A stretch of DNA of 64,000 nucleotides, taken from assembly GCA_964016885.1 (NCBI GenBank), contig OZ024743.1:27404001-27468000 (forward strand), read 5' to 3'. Position numbers and translations under genes: made by a program. Source of the DNA: Eledone cirrhosa. Its lineage: Eukaryota. Shown piece after piece: positions 42,284 to 55,194 of the stretch. Position 1 is the first letter of the stretch. The number at the start of each line of letters is the position of its first letter. The notes beneath the pieces were generated by a model, which searched no databases, had not been told where the DNA came from, and worked only from the letters and a program-made list of their open reading frames with translations.

Positions 42284-43434
42284 ATTATTATCATTAGTAG
42301 TAGTATTAGTAGTAGTAGCATTTTGCCTCCATATTCGTCTCTGTCTCCAGTGCTGGCGAATGATATACCATCATCTCTGACAGCAATGTAAAAAGAATAC
42401 AAACAATAACAATAACAACAACACTATCTATATCGTAACAATGTCTAAGAACTACTGATATGTCATTGTGCTGCTTTGCAAGGGAGCCAAATATTATTTT
42501 ATCAAGACACCGGGGATTTACATTTCAGATTAGCATTTAGATAAAATATTTCAGAAATACACAATGGATATTTGACTAAGGTTTTCGCGATTATAAATAA
42601 TTTCTATTTTCAGTCATTCATTCTAAATAATTTATTTCAGACATAACTGGCCGAGTGAGTACAAAGTTTTCAGCTATTTCTAAAAAGGTAATGGTTCGTA
42701 TCACTTCATCTATTATGTTTTGGCTGCATAATTAAGAAGCATCTTCAACATCATTTAACTTCCATTTGGGCAAATCGTCACGGACCAAGTCATTATTTAC
42801 TCAAAGCGTTTATCCCACTAGACAGGCCGCGGCCCATTCCATAGTCGATTCATTTGATTATAAACGCAACTGAAATTTACTAGCAATAAAGCCAAACAAT
42901 GTGACGTGTCCAGTTAACCTTTTTAATCTGCTTTACAGATGAAAAGTCCTCTTCTGTTAAATTGCTCAGATAAAATTCTCTCCTGAAACTCGCTAAAAGA
43001 GATTGATTTCTCTAAACTGGCATAATCAGAGCGGGATAAGAATATGATATACGTCATACGACAACTCCAATATGAGGGAATCTAGTTTTGTAAATTATTG
43101 GAAATTCATATCCCAGACCTGTTGTATAAAATATATCCCACAGAATGAAGAGCCAATTCATGAGACGCTGGACAGAAATACGAGTCAACAACTAGAGAAA
43201 TTCATGAATGATCTAATAAAGCTATTCATTTATCGCATTTCGCAGCAAATTCTAATCTATCTAAAGTTAATATTTAAAATAATAGTTTGAATTTAGACAC
43301 ACGATTTCAGGCCGTACCGAGACCCATTGAAAATGTATTCTGTATAAATACAATTTTTAATCTCGAATCTAAGATTTAATTAGTAATATTTGTTTGCATG
43401 TATCATCATTATCTTGTGATAAAAACGTTTGCTT

Positions 43435-43825
43435 GTATCGGTAGAAGGTCAGACGCCATGCTTTCCAGCATAGAGTTACGTCCCTTTATGATCTGAGTTC
43501 AAATCCCGCCGAGGTTAACTTTGACTTTCATCCTTGCGGGGTAGATAAAATAAAGTACCAGTAATGTACTGGTTAATTGCTGGCCTTGTGCCTAAAGTAG
43601 AAACAATTATTACTATGACCAGGGCGGTGGATTGGCAGTATCGTTAGAGGGTCGGACACCATGCTTTGCAGCATATTCCGGCCTGAGTTAATTTCCCGCC
43701 GAGGTTAGATTTGACTTTCATCCTTACGGGGTCGATGAAATAAAGCACCAGTAATACATGGGGTCGATTTAATCAGATTCCCCTCCCCTTCAAATTTCTG
43801 ACCTTGTGCCTAAAGTAGAAACAAT
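43435..43825 (+). mobile_element. Two tandem SINE family A copies (43435-43605; 43622-43825, long-tail variant)
   Basis: The second copy carries an extra GGGGTCGATTTAATCAGATTCCCCTCCCCTTCAAA segment absent from the other copies. Confidence 0.85.
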
Positions 43826-44775
43826 TATTGCTATAACGAACACCGAAATAGTATATTCTCAAACAAAATACAATATCTGGTTACAACTAATTTTCGAAAG
43901 AGTAAACTTAGGATCCGGAAATTTATGAGGTATAATTTTGTCTGTAATGAAATTTTAAGAACAATCACGGGTATGGACATCTTTATTCTCTTTTCACTTT
44001 CAAATGGATTACAAAGTAATTTGTTTAAAGTTAACTATGCTATGTGTAAATCTTTACCTCTAACTTACAATACAATTACAATGATAAACAACTTTCTAAT
44101 ATAATTAATCAAATTCAACACCTTGATGAAATTTTGCCAACTGTGATAATTGCCCGTTTTATGATAAATATGTTATAAATTTATTTTGCGAAAGTACATC
44201 GGATCAATGATTCTAAGTCCAAATCACATACTGAGTACTATTATGAGACTAGTCTTTTATCAGCACTTATACACATTTATTTAACTCGAAAAGTAATTGG
44301 CCATTTCATTATCGATCCATATTTGATTTCTAAGAGAACGACAAGCCCACATAGAGAAACTACTAGAATTTATGATGTTGTATCAACATGGAGAGCTTAT
44401 CAACATGGAGAGCTTTGTTGAGGGTCTGTACTGAAGATCCGAGGCTTTGTTATCTTACAGAGAATATATACATATATATATATATATACAAGTTATCATT
44501 ATAGGTAATCCAGTTAGAGGTTGTGAGTACTCTGTATTGTGGATAGTTTTAACGTACGGCTTTGTTTGACTCAACAAGATGTTTCCATAGTTAGGTATTC
44601 TGAGGATTTGATCTGAGGTAAACACTGTATTTAAGGTCGAGTGACGCAACTTCGAGTGATTAGCGGCCTTTAGACTCACCTGATCAATGAAACAATTGTT
44701 AATACTTGAAATAAAGCCCGTTGTTGTACATCCGACCCTGTTATTCTTCAAACCTTCACTATATATATATAAACA

Positions 44776-44967
44776 TCACAGACCCTCCATCTCAACTCTA
44801 CTTTTGAAAAGCAGAATAACTGCGAAACCGGTAAAGGAACCAAATAAATATATATATTTTTTTTAAAATAAGACTCCAGTTGCATTTTCGATTTCATCTT
44901 TTTTTCTTTATGCTTTCACTCGTGTGGGACACCTCGGTTGTTTTTCATTTTGTAAAAAAAACGTCAC

Positions 44968-44974
<7 letters not shown>
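44776..44974 (+). mobile_element. Solo 3' tail of the Neptune-like PLE with HHR
   Basis: Near-identical to 32661-32860; (TA)n flanks. Confidence 0.85.
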
Positions 44975-45047
<73 letters not shown>

Positions 45048-45074
45048 ATATATATATGTGTGTGTATATATATT

Positions 45075-45461
45075 TGTCAAGGCAGAATTCTAGGAGAAGG
45101 AAAACTCTGATATAACACCTGCAACTCTGATGGTAACCAATGATGTTGACTTGTTCTTCTTTTTGGTAAATATCATCTTGGTTAAGAGAGTGGGACTGGC
45201 TTTGTGCAGTGCCTTTGCTCACTATAAAAGCTTCACGGCACAGGCATTGCTTTATATCTGGAGATCTCTCTGCACTTGTCGTCACATGGTACCATGGGCC
45301 CAGCACTATGTGTCAATAATTGTCACAAGTGTAGTGTTTGTACCAGAGTTTTCAAGTCGCTGGCTGGACTAAAAAGTCACACTCGTTCAGCGCATCGGTA
45401 GGGGTTCTCCTACATGGATATAAAGTAATGGCCGTACTCGAAAACGAGTTGGAAGCCACCA
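45075..45461 (+). mobile_element. Internally deleted RTE-clade LINE derivative (5' UTR motif joined to 3' zinc finger and tail)
   Basis: CTAGGAGAAGGAAAACTCTGA 5' motif; [25 protein letters not shown]; 3' stem-loop ACTCGAAAACGAGT then GCCACCA-(TA)n. Confidence 0.6.
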
Positions 45462-45481
45462 TATATATATATGTATATATG

Positions 45482-45765
<284 letters not shown>

Positions 45766-46288
45766 ATATATATATATATATATATAAAGTTGTATTCCTG
45801 TCTGTTTGTTTGTTTGTTTGTTTGTTCACGAACTACTCCTATAGTTTTGGAGATAGACCCTCCCATAAACATATATTTTCTGAAACTACATTGCCCAGGG
45901 TACTTGGATAAGTATATTTCATTTTAATCAAAGGATTGCCCGGGGGGCACAAACCCCGGCTGAAACCCTCGCTTGAAATTTTTTCCCTTCGATTTATATG
46001 AAATTTAAATCATAGTTAAATGATAAGATATGATGCCTCATAATAAACGTCTTGAATTGATATTTAAAAAACAATTATTTGCAAGAAAGAAAATAAGAAT
46101 AGGATTTAATAATGAAATTTGATTTGATATATTACAAAAAATAATGTTTTCCAATTTTTCATGCATTACATTTTACATTGAGTAATATTGAAATGCAGAG
46201 TTTTTCTCCATAAATTATATCACTGATTTAAAATCAATCATTATTTTCTTACAAAAAAAAAAAAAATGTGTTAAGCGCAATTCGGCTA

Positions 46289-46289
<1 letters not shown>
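45766..46289 (+). mobile_element. Non-autonomous Helitron-like element
   Basis: 5' region with (GTTT)n after a TA-rich start; 3' end GCGCAATTCGG-CTAG followed by T. Confidence 0.5.
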
Positions 46290-46329
<40 letters not shown>

Positions 46330-46333
<4 letters not shown>

Positions 46334-46960
46334 CGATACCATTACAAGATGCCATTATAAGATACGATACCATTACAAGAAAGCCTTATTATTTTCATGC
46401 TTAAATGAGAGTTAAACATTCAACGTGTCGGGCATTGACCCTTCCTCAGGAATAACAGGGTTCGGAATGTAGAAGAAAGACAGAATAAAAAAGGAAAACA
46501 CGAAAATAAAATAAAAAATTGAAAATTAAATTAAAATGAAAATAAAAAGGGTGAGGGGGAGGATTTATAATGGGTGGGGAGTGGTTCGGTGTGCATGGGG
46601 GTGGGTGGAGAGGTCGAGTTGAGGGGTACAGACATGAAGTTGGTAGTTGCGTGTAGGTGGGGTACATATTATGCAATGCGTGTGCGTGTACTGGTGTTAA
46701 CAATGTTGTTGCTGGATATGTGTGTGTGTACGTGTATGTACACATACATCCATGCGCGCGCACTTCCGCATGAATATGCACACACACATACACATACAAA
46801 TCTATATAAACGCGTGCGTGTTTGGGATTTGTGTATCTTGCGTGTCCTTGCGTAAGTACTTGCTCGTGTGTGTGCACGTGTGTATGTTTGTATCTGTGTT
46901 TGGCAGGCACGTGTGGTTATTGGTGAGTATTATGTGGCCACGTGTAGCAGTATGGTCTCA
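46330..46960 (-). mobile_element. PLE 3' UTR remnant with minimal HHR (46418-46453)
   Basis: Minus strand ATTC-CTGAGGA-A-GGGT-CAAT-GCCC-GACAC-GTT-GAAT (GAAAC mutated to GACAC); (TA)n flanks. Confidence 0.6.
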
Positions 46961-47130
46961 ATATATATATATACACATCTAAACACACACATATATATAT
47001 ATATATTAGAAAATAGAATAGCTTTCACCGTACTTTTGACTAAAGAAATTTTAGTCTGATAATGGGGTTTAGAACCCTCAGGTAAATGGAAAAATATGAG
47101 TATTGATGAGTTTTAAATCATAATTACTTG

Positions 47131-47166
<36 letters not shown>

Positions 47167-47283
47167 ATATAAACAAATAGTAGAAAAGAAAAAGATGTTT
47201 TCAGTAGAAAATGCTGAAGAGATTCTTTCAGTGTAATATCAAAACATTTATGTATTTATAAAGAGGATATTTCCACATTTAAT

Positions 47284-47469
47284 AATTGTTTCTACGTTAG
47301 GCACAAGGCCAGCAATAACACCAGTGTATTACTGGTACTTTATTTTATCGACCCCGTATGGATGAAAGGCAAAGTTAACCTCGGCGGGATTTGAACTCAG
47401 AATAGCAAGGGCCGTAACTCTATGTGTCAAAGCATGGCGTCCGACCCTCTACCGATACTGCCAATCCAC
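47284..47469 (-). mobile_element. SINE family A
   Basis: Reverse complement of consensus. Confidence 0.88.
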
Positions 47470-47644
47470 AATGGTACCGGTTTCAGCATTATATGGCACA
47501 TATGGTTAAGCTCCATATTTATACAAATAATAATAATAAAGAGTGGAAGAAAAATTATTAATTTTTACAAACATATTTTGAAAGGAGAGTTCATATCTCT
47601 GTCCGTGTTTGTCCTTCATATACAGTATATATATATATATATAT

Positions 47645-47960
47645 GGTGTATCTCTCGAAAGGATCGGTGTCTCCATTGAATTGAAGTGCCCTGAGTGTGG
47701 AAAGATTTGCTTGCGCAAATCTGGTCTCAGGAGCCACAGTCGCAGCCATGTTCAAAGAGAACCAGTGAACTATGATCTCCACGGTGTTGTGAGGGTTCAG
47801 AAGCAACCTGATGCACAGCCTCATGCCAGGGAGATCCATGGTTGTCGTCAGTGTGCGAAGGAATGCAAATCTCTATCGGGTTTGAAAAACCATATCCGAG
47901 CGCCACCCATCTGAATCTGGCAAGCGATTGCAATACTCTTGGCAGAGTTTGGAGCCATCA
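47645..47960 (+). mobile_element. 3' end of an RTE-like LINE encoding two C2H2 zinc fingers
   Basis: CPECGKICLRKSGLRSHSRSH and CRQCAKECKSLSGLKNHIRA; 3' tail ACTCT..AGAGTTTGGAGCCATCA-(TA)n resembles 45435-45461; (TA)n on both sides. Confidence 0.6.
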
Positions 47961-48103
47961 TATATATATATATATATTTAGTTTTGTTGGTTCACCACTG
48001 GATAGAACTGGTCATTCCGTATGGTCAACCTCGATGTAATATTATGGAGAGCACTCAACGTAATGCAACTCACCCGTCTTCGTTTGTGTAGCTGGTGGTG
48101 CGA

Positions 48104-48250
<147 letters not shown>

Positions 48251-48975
48251 TACAGGGACTTAAAAATTATACAGAAACATTCGTCATTTTAGACCTAAAT
48301 GGTTTGGGGGAGGAATTAGAGACACTGCCCATGCAACCGGTGCAACCGGAAGCTGCTCTTAGTTGCTGATCAATATTATTACTAGAAGCGGAAATGCTCT
48401 ACGTTCACACGGATTACAGTGTATCCTAAGAAGAATTTCAACAAAATAGGTGTAATTCATATTAATTTATTGTGAAGACATTTACGGAATCTTCTCGGAA
48501 ATTAATGCAGAATTGGTTTCTTTTTCATTTATCTATTTTTATCATGATATTTATCATTGTTAACGAAAGTGATGAGATAAATGGGAGAAAAGGAAAAAGA
48601 AGAAAGCTAATTAGATTATCTATATAAATCTGTTCACGTTTCTCAATATAGAACGATAAAAGAAATGATATTAAAGATCGTTAGATGTAGAATTAAGATA
48701 AAAACTTCTTCAAGAGAACACAACAGCTTTGAATGACGCAGCAAACTTGAATCACGTTGCTCGATGTTTTTGCGAGTTGAAGTAATTAATAACAACTGAT
48801 TTATTGGATGATGTCGAAACGATGAGATTGTATTTTCTGAAAAAAAGGAAGGATATAAAGTAAATCAAGGAAAAAGTAACATGACGCTTATGAGATTTCG
48901 GTTTTGATTAGCATACTGGTATACTTTGAGACAAACGCACACACACACACATACACATACACACTCAAATATATA

Positions 48976-49027
<52 letters not shown>

Positions 49028-49718
49028 GGATCTTGGAGCACCAGACATGAACTTTCCCGATATAAGGTATGATTCTCTTTGTTTATTTTTTTTATATGAA
49101 TATTGGTTGTTTGTTCCTATATCTCATGTCTGTGATTTTGCCTGAGAAAATATCTCTATGTGTCCTTAAACAGTACACACCTATATTTATTTTTTCATAT
49201 CCAATTGAGTTATTCGCACGAAGTTTGAATTCTTGTCAGAGTTCAATGACCTGCGTGTATATTATTTTTTGATGGTAGCCTCCTCCTCCCATTTTCGGGA
49301 CACTGTGAGATTTTCTTTAGAACTGCTGGACTTACGACCTAACAGTTTCTTCTAGCACTGATGGTGATTATCGGTACATATTGATATTGATTTAGTTATT
49401 AATATTAATATTATTGGGTACCCACTGAAGATTTATAAGAACCCACTTCCGTAAGAATCCATTGATCTTACACAAGCTTCTACATAACTTTATATAATTT
49501 CACCCACCATGTAGAAATCTTATAATGAAACGATTCGTTTGGGAAATGAGTTATTTAATATATCTCATATAAAATAATACAACCAATTATCCACACAACA
49601 CAATATAGTTAGCACCCCAAACGTTTAATTGGGAATATACTCTGGTATTTCCTAATGTTTGTTGAGTGAGTTGGAAATTGGTCGGAGTATCGCTAATAGC
49701 TTTCTCCGTTTATATAAT

Positions 49719-49758
<40 letters not shown>

Positions 49759-49785
49759 TCCCCCCCCCCTTCTCTCTCTCTCTCT

Positions 49786-49943
49786 CTTTGGTTTCACTTA
49801 AAGCAGAACTTCTTATGCTGGTATTAACAACGTTAGCTGGGGACTATGTTTACCTATATATATATACATATATAGGTAAACATAGTCCCCAGCTAACGTT
49901 GTTAATACCAGCATAAGAAGTTCTGCTTTAAGTGAAACCAAAG
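49786..49943. repeat. Perfect ~76-bp-arm palindrome centred on a short (TA)n
   Basis: 49786-49861 is the exact reverse complement of 49868-49943. Confidence 0.9.
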
Positions 49944-50539
49944 TACCTAAATAAACGTTTATACTATATATTCCTGGACACAAAAAGAACATTAGATTGC
50001 ACAATAATGTCTCAAAATATTTCTAACATTTACCATCGGATTATAAGTGTTCTATATAATAAAAACAATAATATATTTGCTTGCACTTCGTGTCTAATAT
50101 TTATACTTGTGCATCGTCTGCTTTCATAATTTCTAGTCTCAGTTGTATGTATTCCTTATTGACTTGTTTCATTCTAAACTCTCTTAATGTCTCTCTCTCC
50201 AGGATCCGGAGAAAATAGCGAAAGATATATATAAAAACTCGATAATTTGAGACAAATATCAATTCGTGGTAGTTCAATAACTTCAAATCACCACCTTCTT
50301 TAGCAATTCAATGTAACCATGGGTGACGTCGATGGGACGTAGCTCTACATAATCATTCGAGCTTATTTTCCAAATTCTCTTCAAAAACATTTTCCTAACT
50401 GAATTATTTTTTGAATGACAGATTATTAGCCACATGGATATGATATATCTTAACTATAATAAAGGGGGGAGTGCGGGACTGCGTCCAGAATATATTTTTG
50501 ATCCTGTTTGTAAAATAAGTTGGATTACTTTGAATAAAT

Positions 50540-50637
50540 AATTGTTTCTACTTTTGGCACAAGGCCAGCAATTACCCAGTACATTACTGGTACTTTATTT
50601 TATCGACCCCGTAAGGATGAAAGGCAAAGTTAACCTC
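50540..50637 (-). mobile_element. SINE family A, 5'-truncated
   Basis: 3' half of consensus. Confidence 0.85.
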
Positions 50638-51720
50638 AATGAATGAATATTACATAATTTATGTACTAAATTTCGTAACTCTTCATTAGATATGAATAAT
50701 TTTATTGCTTATTTAAAGATTCACTTCTATAAAATTTTAAAATCTCAACACTTCCAGTTAGCACCATATTATAACACTTATTACATCGCATATATTTCCG
50801 TCGCTAATTTACTACTAATGCAGTTTATATACAATATCGTCTTTTTTAAAGCATTGATTACTTTACTGATTTCAGAAGAGAGTGAAATACAGTCTCTCTC
50901 CAATTTCTGTGGATATTGTCAATTACGATTACATTTGACATATCATATCTACATGCATATATATTTGTGTATAATATCAATATGCACACTACACATGCTA
51001 GCAGAAAACCACCCGAAGGCTGCCATCGGCTTAAATATTACGCTCAAATCAACCCTAATATTGTAAAATAGCATAATAAAATGTTATATTCGACGCATGC
51101 AAACACAGATCTTCTACATTTTAATGAGACCCCCATTGCGTTTAATAGATAAACTCTTAGTTTATTTTCAGAATCAGTTTACTTTAAAATAAAAATTCCA
51201 ATATTAAATTCTTACAGACACGCAGCAAGTTTCTTTGTAAACTCATTACTGTCTAATAGATGACGTTTTCTGAACTGTTTAATAAAACTGTACCACAAGA
51301 ATATGTTGCATCGTAACATTTTGGTATTATTTGACCTCATAATGTGTTGTCAGCTCGCCGTCTACATTTTTAATACCCGGTATTGATGAAATTTTGTTTC
51401 ATCTGTTTTTCGCAATGAATGTTTCATTCCTATTGTCTTCATATTTTTGCTTTTTAATGTTATTTATTTTCCGTTACCACAACTTCTGCATTATTTCCTT
51501 ATAGACTCTCCAGTTTAGTTGTTAGCTTTGTATCGCTTTGGCTATGATGAAAAATTGATCTCAACGTTTTTCAAGCACTCAAATAATTATTTTAAAATTC
51601 TTTAAAAAAAAAAAAAAAAAAAAATTGTGTGAGTGCGCGTACATATGGTGTATATATGTTTGTCTGTTTGGAATGGGTAAGTCTGTAAGCTTTTATGTGC
51701 ATGTATATATATATATGTGT

Positions 51721-51759
<39 letters not shown>

Positions 51760-52412
51760 CATGTGTGCGAGTGGGAGTGTGTTTTAAACGTATTTTTATT
51801 GTCAATTTTAAAATTGTTTTTTCTCGAGTTGTTTTTCTTTAAATTTCAATTCTTTTTATTAGTCTGGCTTCAAAAGTTTTCTTAGTTCTATATTTTACTC
51901 CGCCTCCGTCTATACAGCCCTAAGTTTCTATTACATTATTTTGTAATTCTTCTTCTTCTTCTTCTTCTTCTTCTTCTTCTTCTTCTTCTTCTTTTTGAAT
52001 TATTCAATTTCATCATACGTTATTTATTATGCGCACCTCCTGCGGACGTTCCGTCGGTTCACAAATAAATATGACGCTACAGCAGTGTGCTACAATGTCT
52101 CAGCCAGTTTTGTGCACTCACTTGACAGGCGTCGACTAGTGTATTTTTAACTCCTAACATTAGTCCCAACAACAGCATATGACTAAGGGTTATATTAATG
52201 AAGTCGACGCCCCATCCAGGTGGATAGTAACTAGCCTCACATCGTAATTTTGTTCAGATTTGGAAATCTGAACTGTGAGTGACAAAAATATTGCTGTTCC
52301 AACATAGCGTTATATACATGTATGTACGTGTTGTATATCGGAGAATATACAGGATGTTTATGAAAAATATGTGACAGTCTTTCGCCATATATATATATGT
52401 ATATATATATAT

Positions 52413-53150
52413 TTAGAAGAAACCAAAGAACGCTTACATACTCAAACAGTTTTTATTTGCTTACAATGTTTCATCCATACCGTTTGGTAGGAATCCTCAT
52501 AGCTTAATAAACATAGTGCTGAGTAAAGCTCTACAGAGCATAGTCACGCGAACAATCGGAATGCAAAAGAGGGTAAAGATAGGAAGATCGGAGATGGCGA
52601 ACAAGGAGGGGGGGGGGGGTTCATGTTGGTGTTGTTAAGCACCACAGCTAAATGCCAAGGTACAAGCGGATTCCACAAGATGCACACAAAAGCAAAAGCA
52701 AAAGATACAGGCAATGGTTAAAACATAATAAAACATAATAATAAAATAAAAAAAAAAATTTAAAAGAAAGATAATATAAAGAGATAAAAAGTAAAAAGGT
52801 AAACATTTAAAAGAGTCAAAAATAAAAAAAAGGTGTTTTAAAAAAGAAATAAAAACAGAAAGAAGAAAAAAAGAAAGAAGAAAAATGTCATAAGCACATA
52901 AAAAAGCCAGAGGAATTTAAGCGTTGGTCACTACTAAAACGAGTGAATAGGATCCCCATAACTTATAATTATATAAGCATTAGGAGGTCCTTGCAGTACA
53001 TCCAGAAAGACCACAGTAATCAGAATCCCCTCCATGTTATACATACACAAGGTATACTGGTAGGTACCGAATTACGTAGCCAATGGGTGCTCCACAAGCA
53101 TATAGGTGGGTATTACATAAGTGCAAGCCATACACAAACAAATTATGGTT
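52413..53150 (-). mobile_element. Probable PLE 3' remnant with HHR-like motif (52459-52503)
   Basis: Minus strand GCT-ATGAGGA-TTCC-TACC-AAAC-GGTA-TGGAT-GAAAC-ATT-GTA-AGC; microsatellite flanks. Confidence 0.5.
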
Positions 53151-53179
53151 AATACACACAAACACACATACACACACAT

Positions 53180-54083
<904 letters not shown>

Positions 54084-54088
<5 letters not shown>

Positions 54089-54279
54089 AACGAGTAGGAT
54101 CCAGACGGCTGAGCTCAAGTCGTTTCGACGGCTAATTTTTTAAGTCCAGAATTAGCCGTCGAAACGGCTTGAGCTCAGCCGTCGGGGTCCTACTCGTTCC
54201 TATTACCCACTCTACTACTCTAAGTATTGAGTACTTTGGTGCGTTATGGTCCATCTGGTTCCTTACCACATTTCCTTCG

Positions 54280-54283
<4 letters not shown>
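54084..54283 (+). mobile_element. Fold-back PLE 3'-end mini-element (GAAACGGCTTGAGCTCAGCCGTC family)
   Basis: Arms 54084-54137 and 54150-54203, then TATTGAGTACT tail; relatives at 63069-63247, 55053-55194 and 5020-5082. Confidence 0.75.
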
Positions 54284-54340
<57 letters not shown>

Positions 54341-54729
54341 GATAAATCTACCAAGAGTTTACGGTAGTGTCCAATCCGTATGGAGAACTCAATGTATTCC
54401 GGATATCATGGAAAGAAGAGATGTAATGAAAAACCACTTTCGGTGAAAGATAAACGGTATACAGAGTCAAGATAAAATATTAAACAAATAATGAATAAAC
54501 AATTCCTTATATTAAACAAAAAAAGTTCATTATTTAACGATCGTTTCTAGGATATATATGTGTTAGAATTGGTATGCATATTCAACAGATCTATGTACAA
54601 AATTATACAAAATTATACAAATTATCAAGATTAAATATACATACCAAACACATATATACGCCGTCTTCAGAAATATATATATATATAATAAAAAAAAAAT
54701 TTTCGCTCTACATGGTTGAATACAATAAA

Positions 54730-54987
54730 TGTAATCTGAGTTTTTCGAATATTAATAATAACATTCGATTCGTTTGCAATTATGCAAACAAGCCTCAATT
54801 TGATAGCCATGTCAGTAGAATGAACACTTCATTCTTGCTCTTATGTTGGCACGAAATGCATTTCTGTTCACGTGCCAACATAAGAGCAAGAATGAAGGGT
54901 TCATTCTACTGACATGGCTATCAAATTGAGGCTTGTTTGCATAATTGCAAACGAATCGAATGTTATTATTAATATTCGAAAACCCAG

Positions 54988-54993
<6 letters not shown>
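54730..54993. repeat. Near-perfect ~124-bp-arm inverted repeat
   Basis: Arms 54730-54853 and 54870-54993. Confidence 0.9.
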
Positions 54994-55052
<59 letters not shown>

Positions 55053-55060
<8 letters not shown>

Positions 55061-55194
55061 GGGTTAGGACCCGCGTTCGGATCTAGCTGTCGAAGGCCCT
55101 AACTCTTTTCATATTACCCCAAGTACTACCCTAAATATTGAGTACTCTGGTGCGTTATGGTCCACCTGGTATCTTATCACACCCTCTTTGTTAT
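55053..55194 (+). mobile_element. Diverged fold-back PLE 3'-end mini-element
   Basis: ATATGAAAGGGTTAGG / CCTAACTCTTTTCATAT arms; TATTGAGTACTCTGGTGCGTTATGGTCCACCTGG tail. Confidence 0.65.

Noticed and set aside
47609-47914. Host C2H2 zinc-finger gene
   Set aside because: No TGEKP linkers or finger array; bounded by (TA)n and followed by a LINE-type 3' tail shared with 45435-45461.
49255-49352. Putative minus-strand terminal exon (KKLLGRK...EEEATIKK*)
   Set aside because: Weak acceptor and no recognisable homology.
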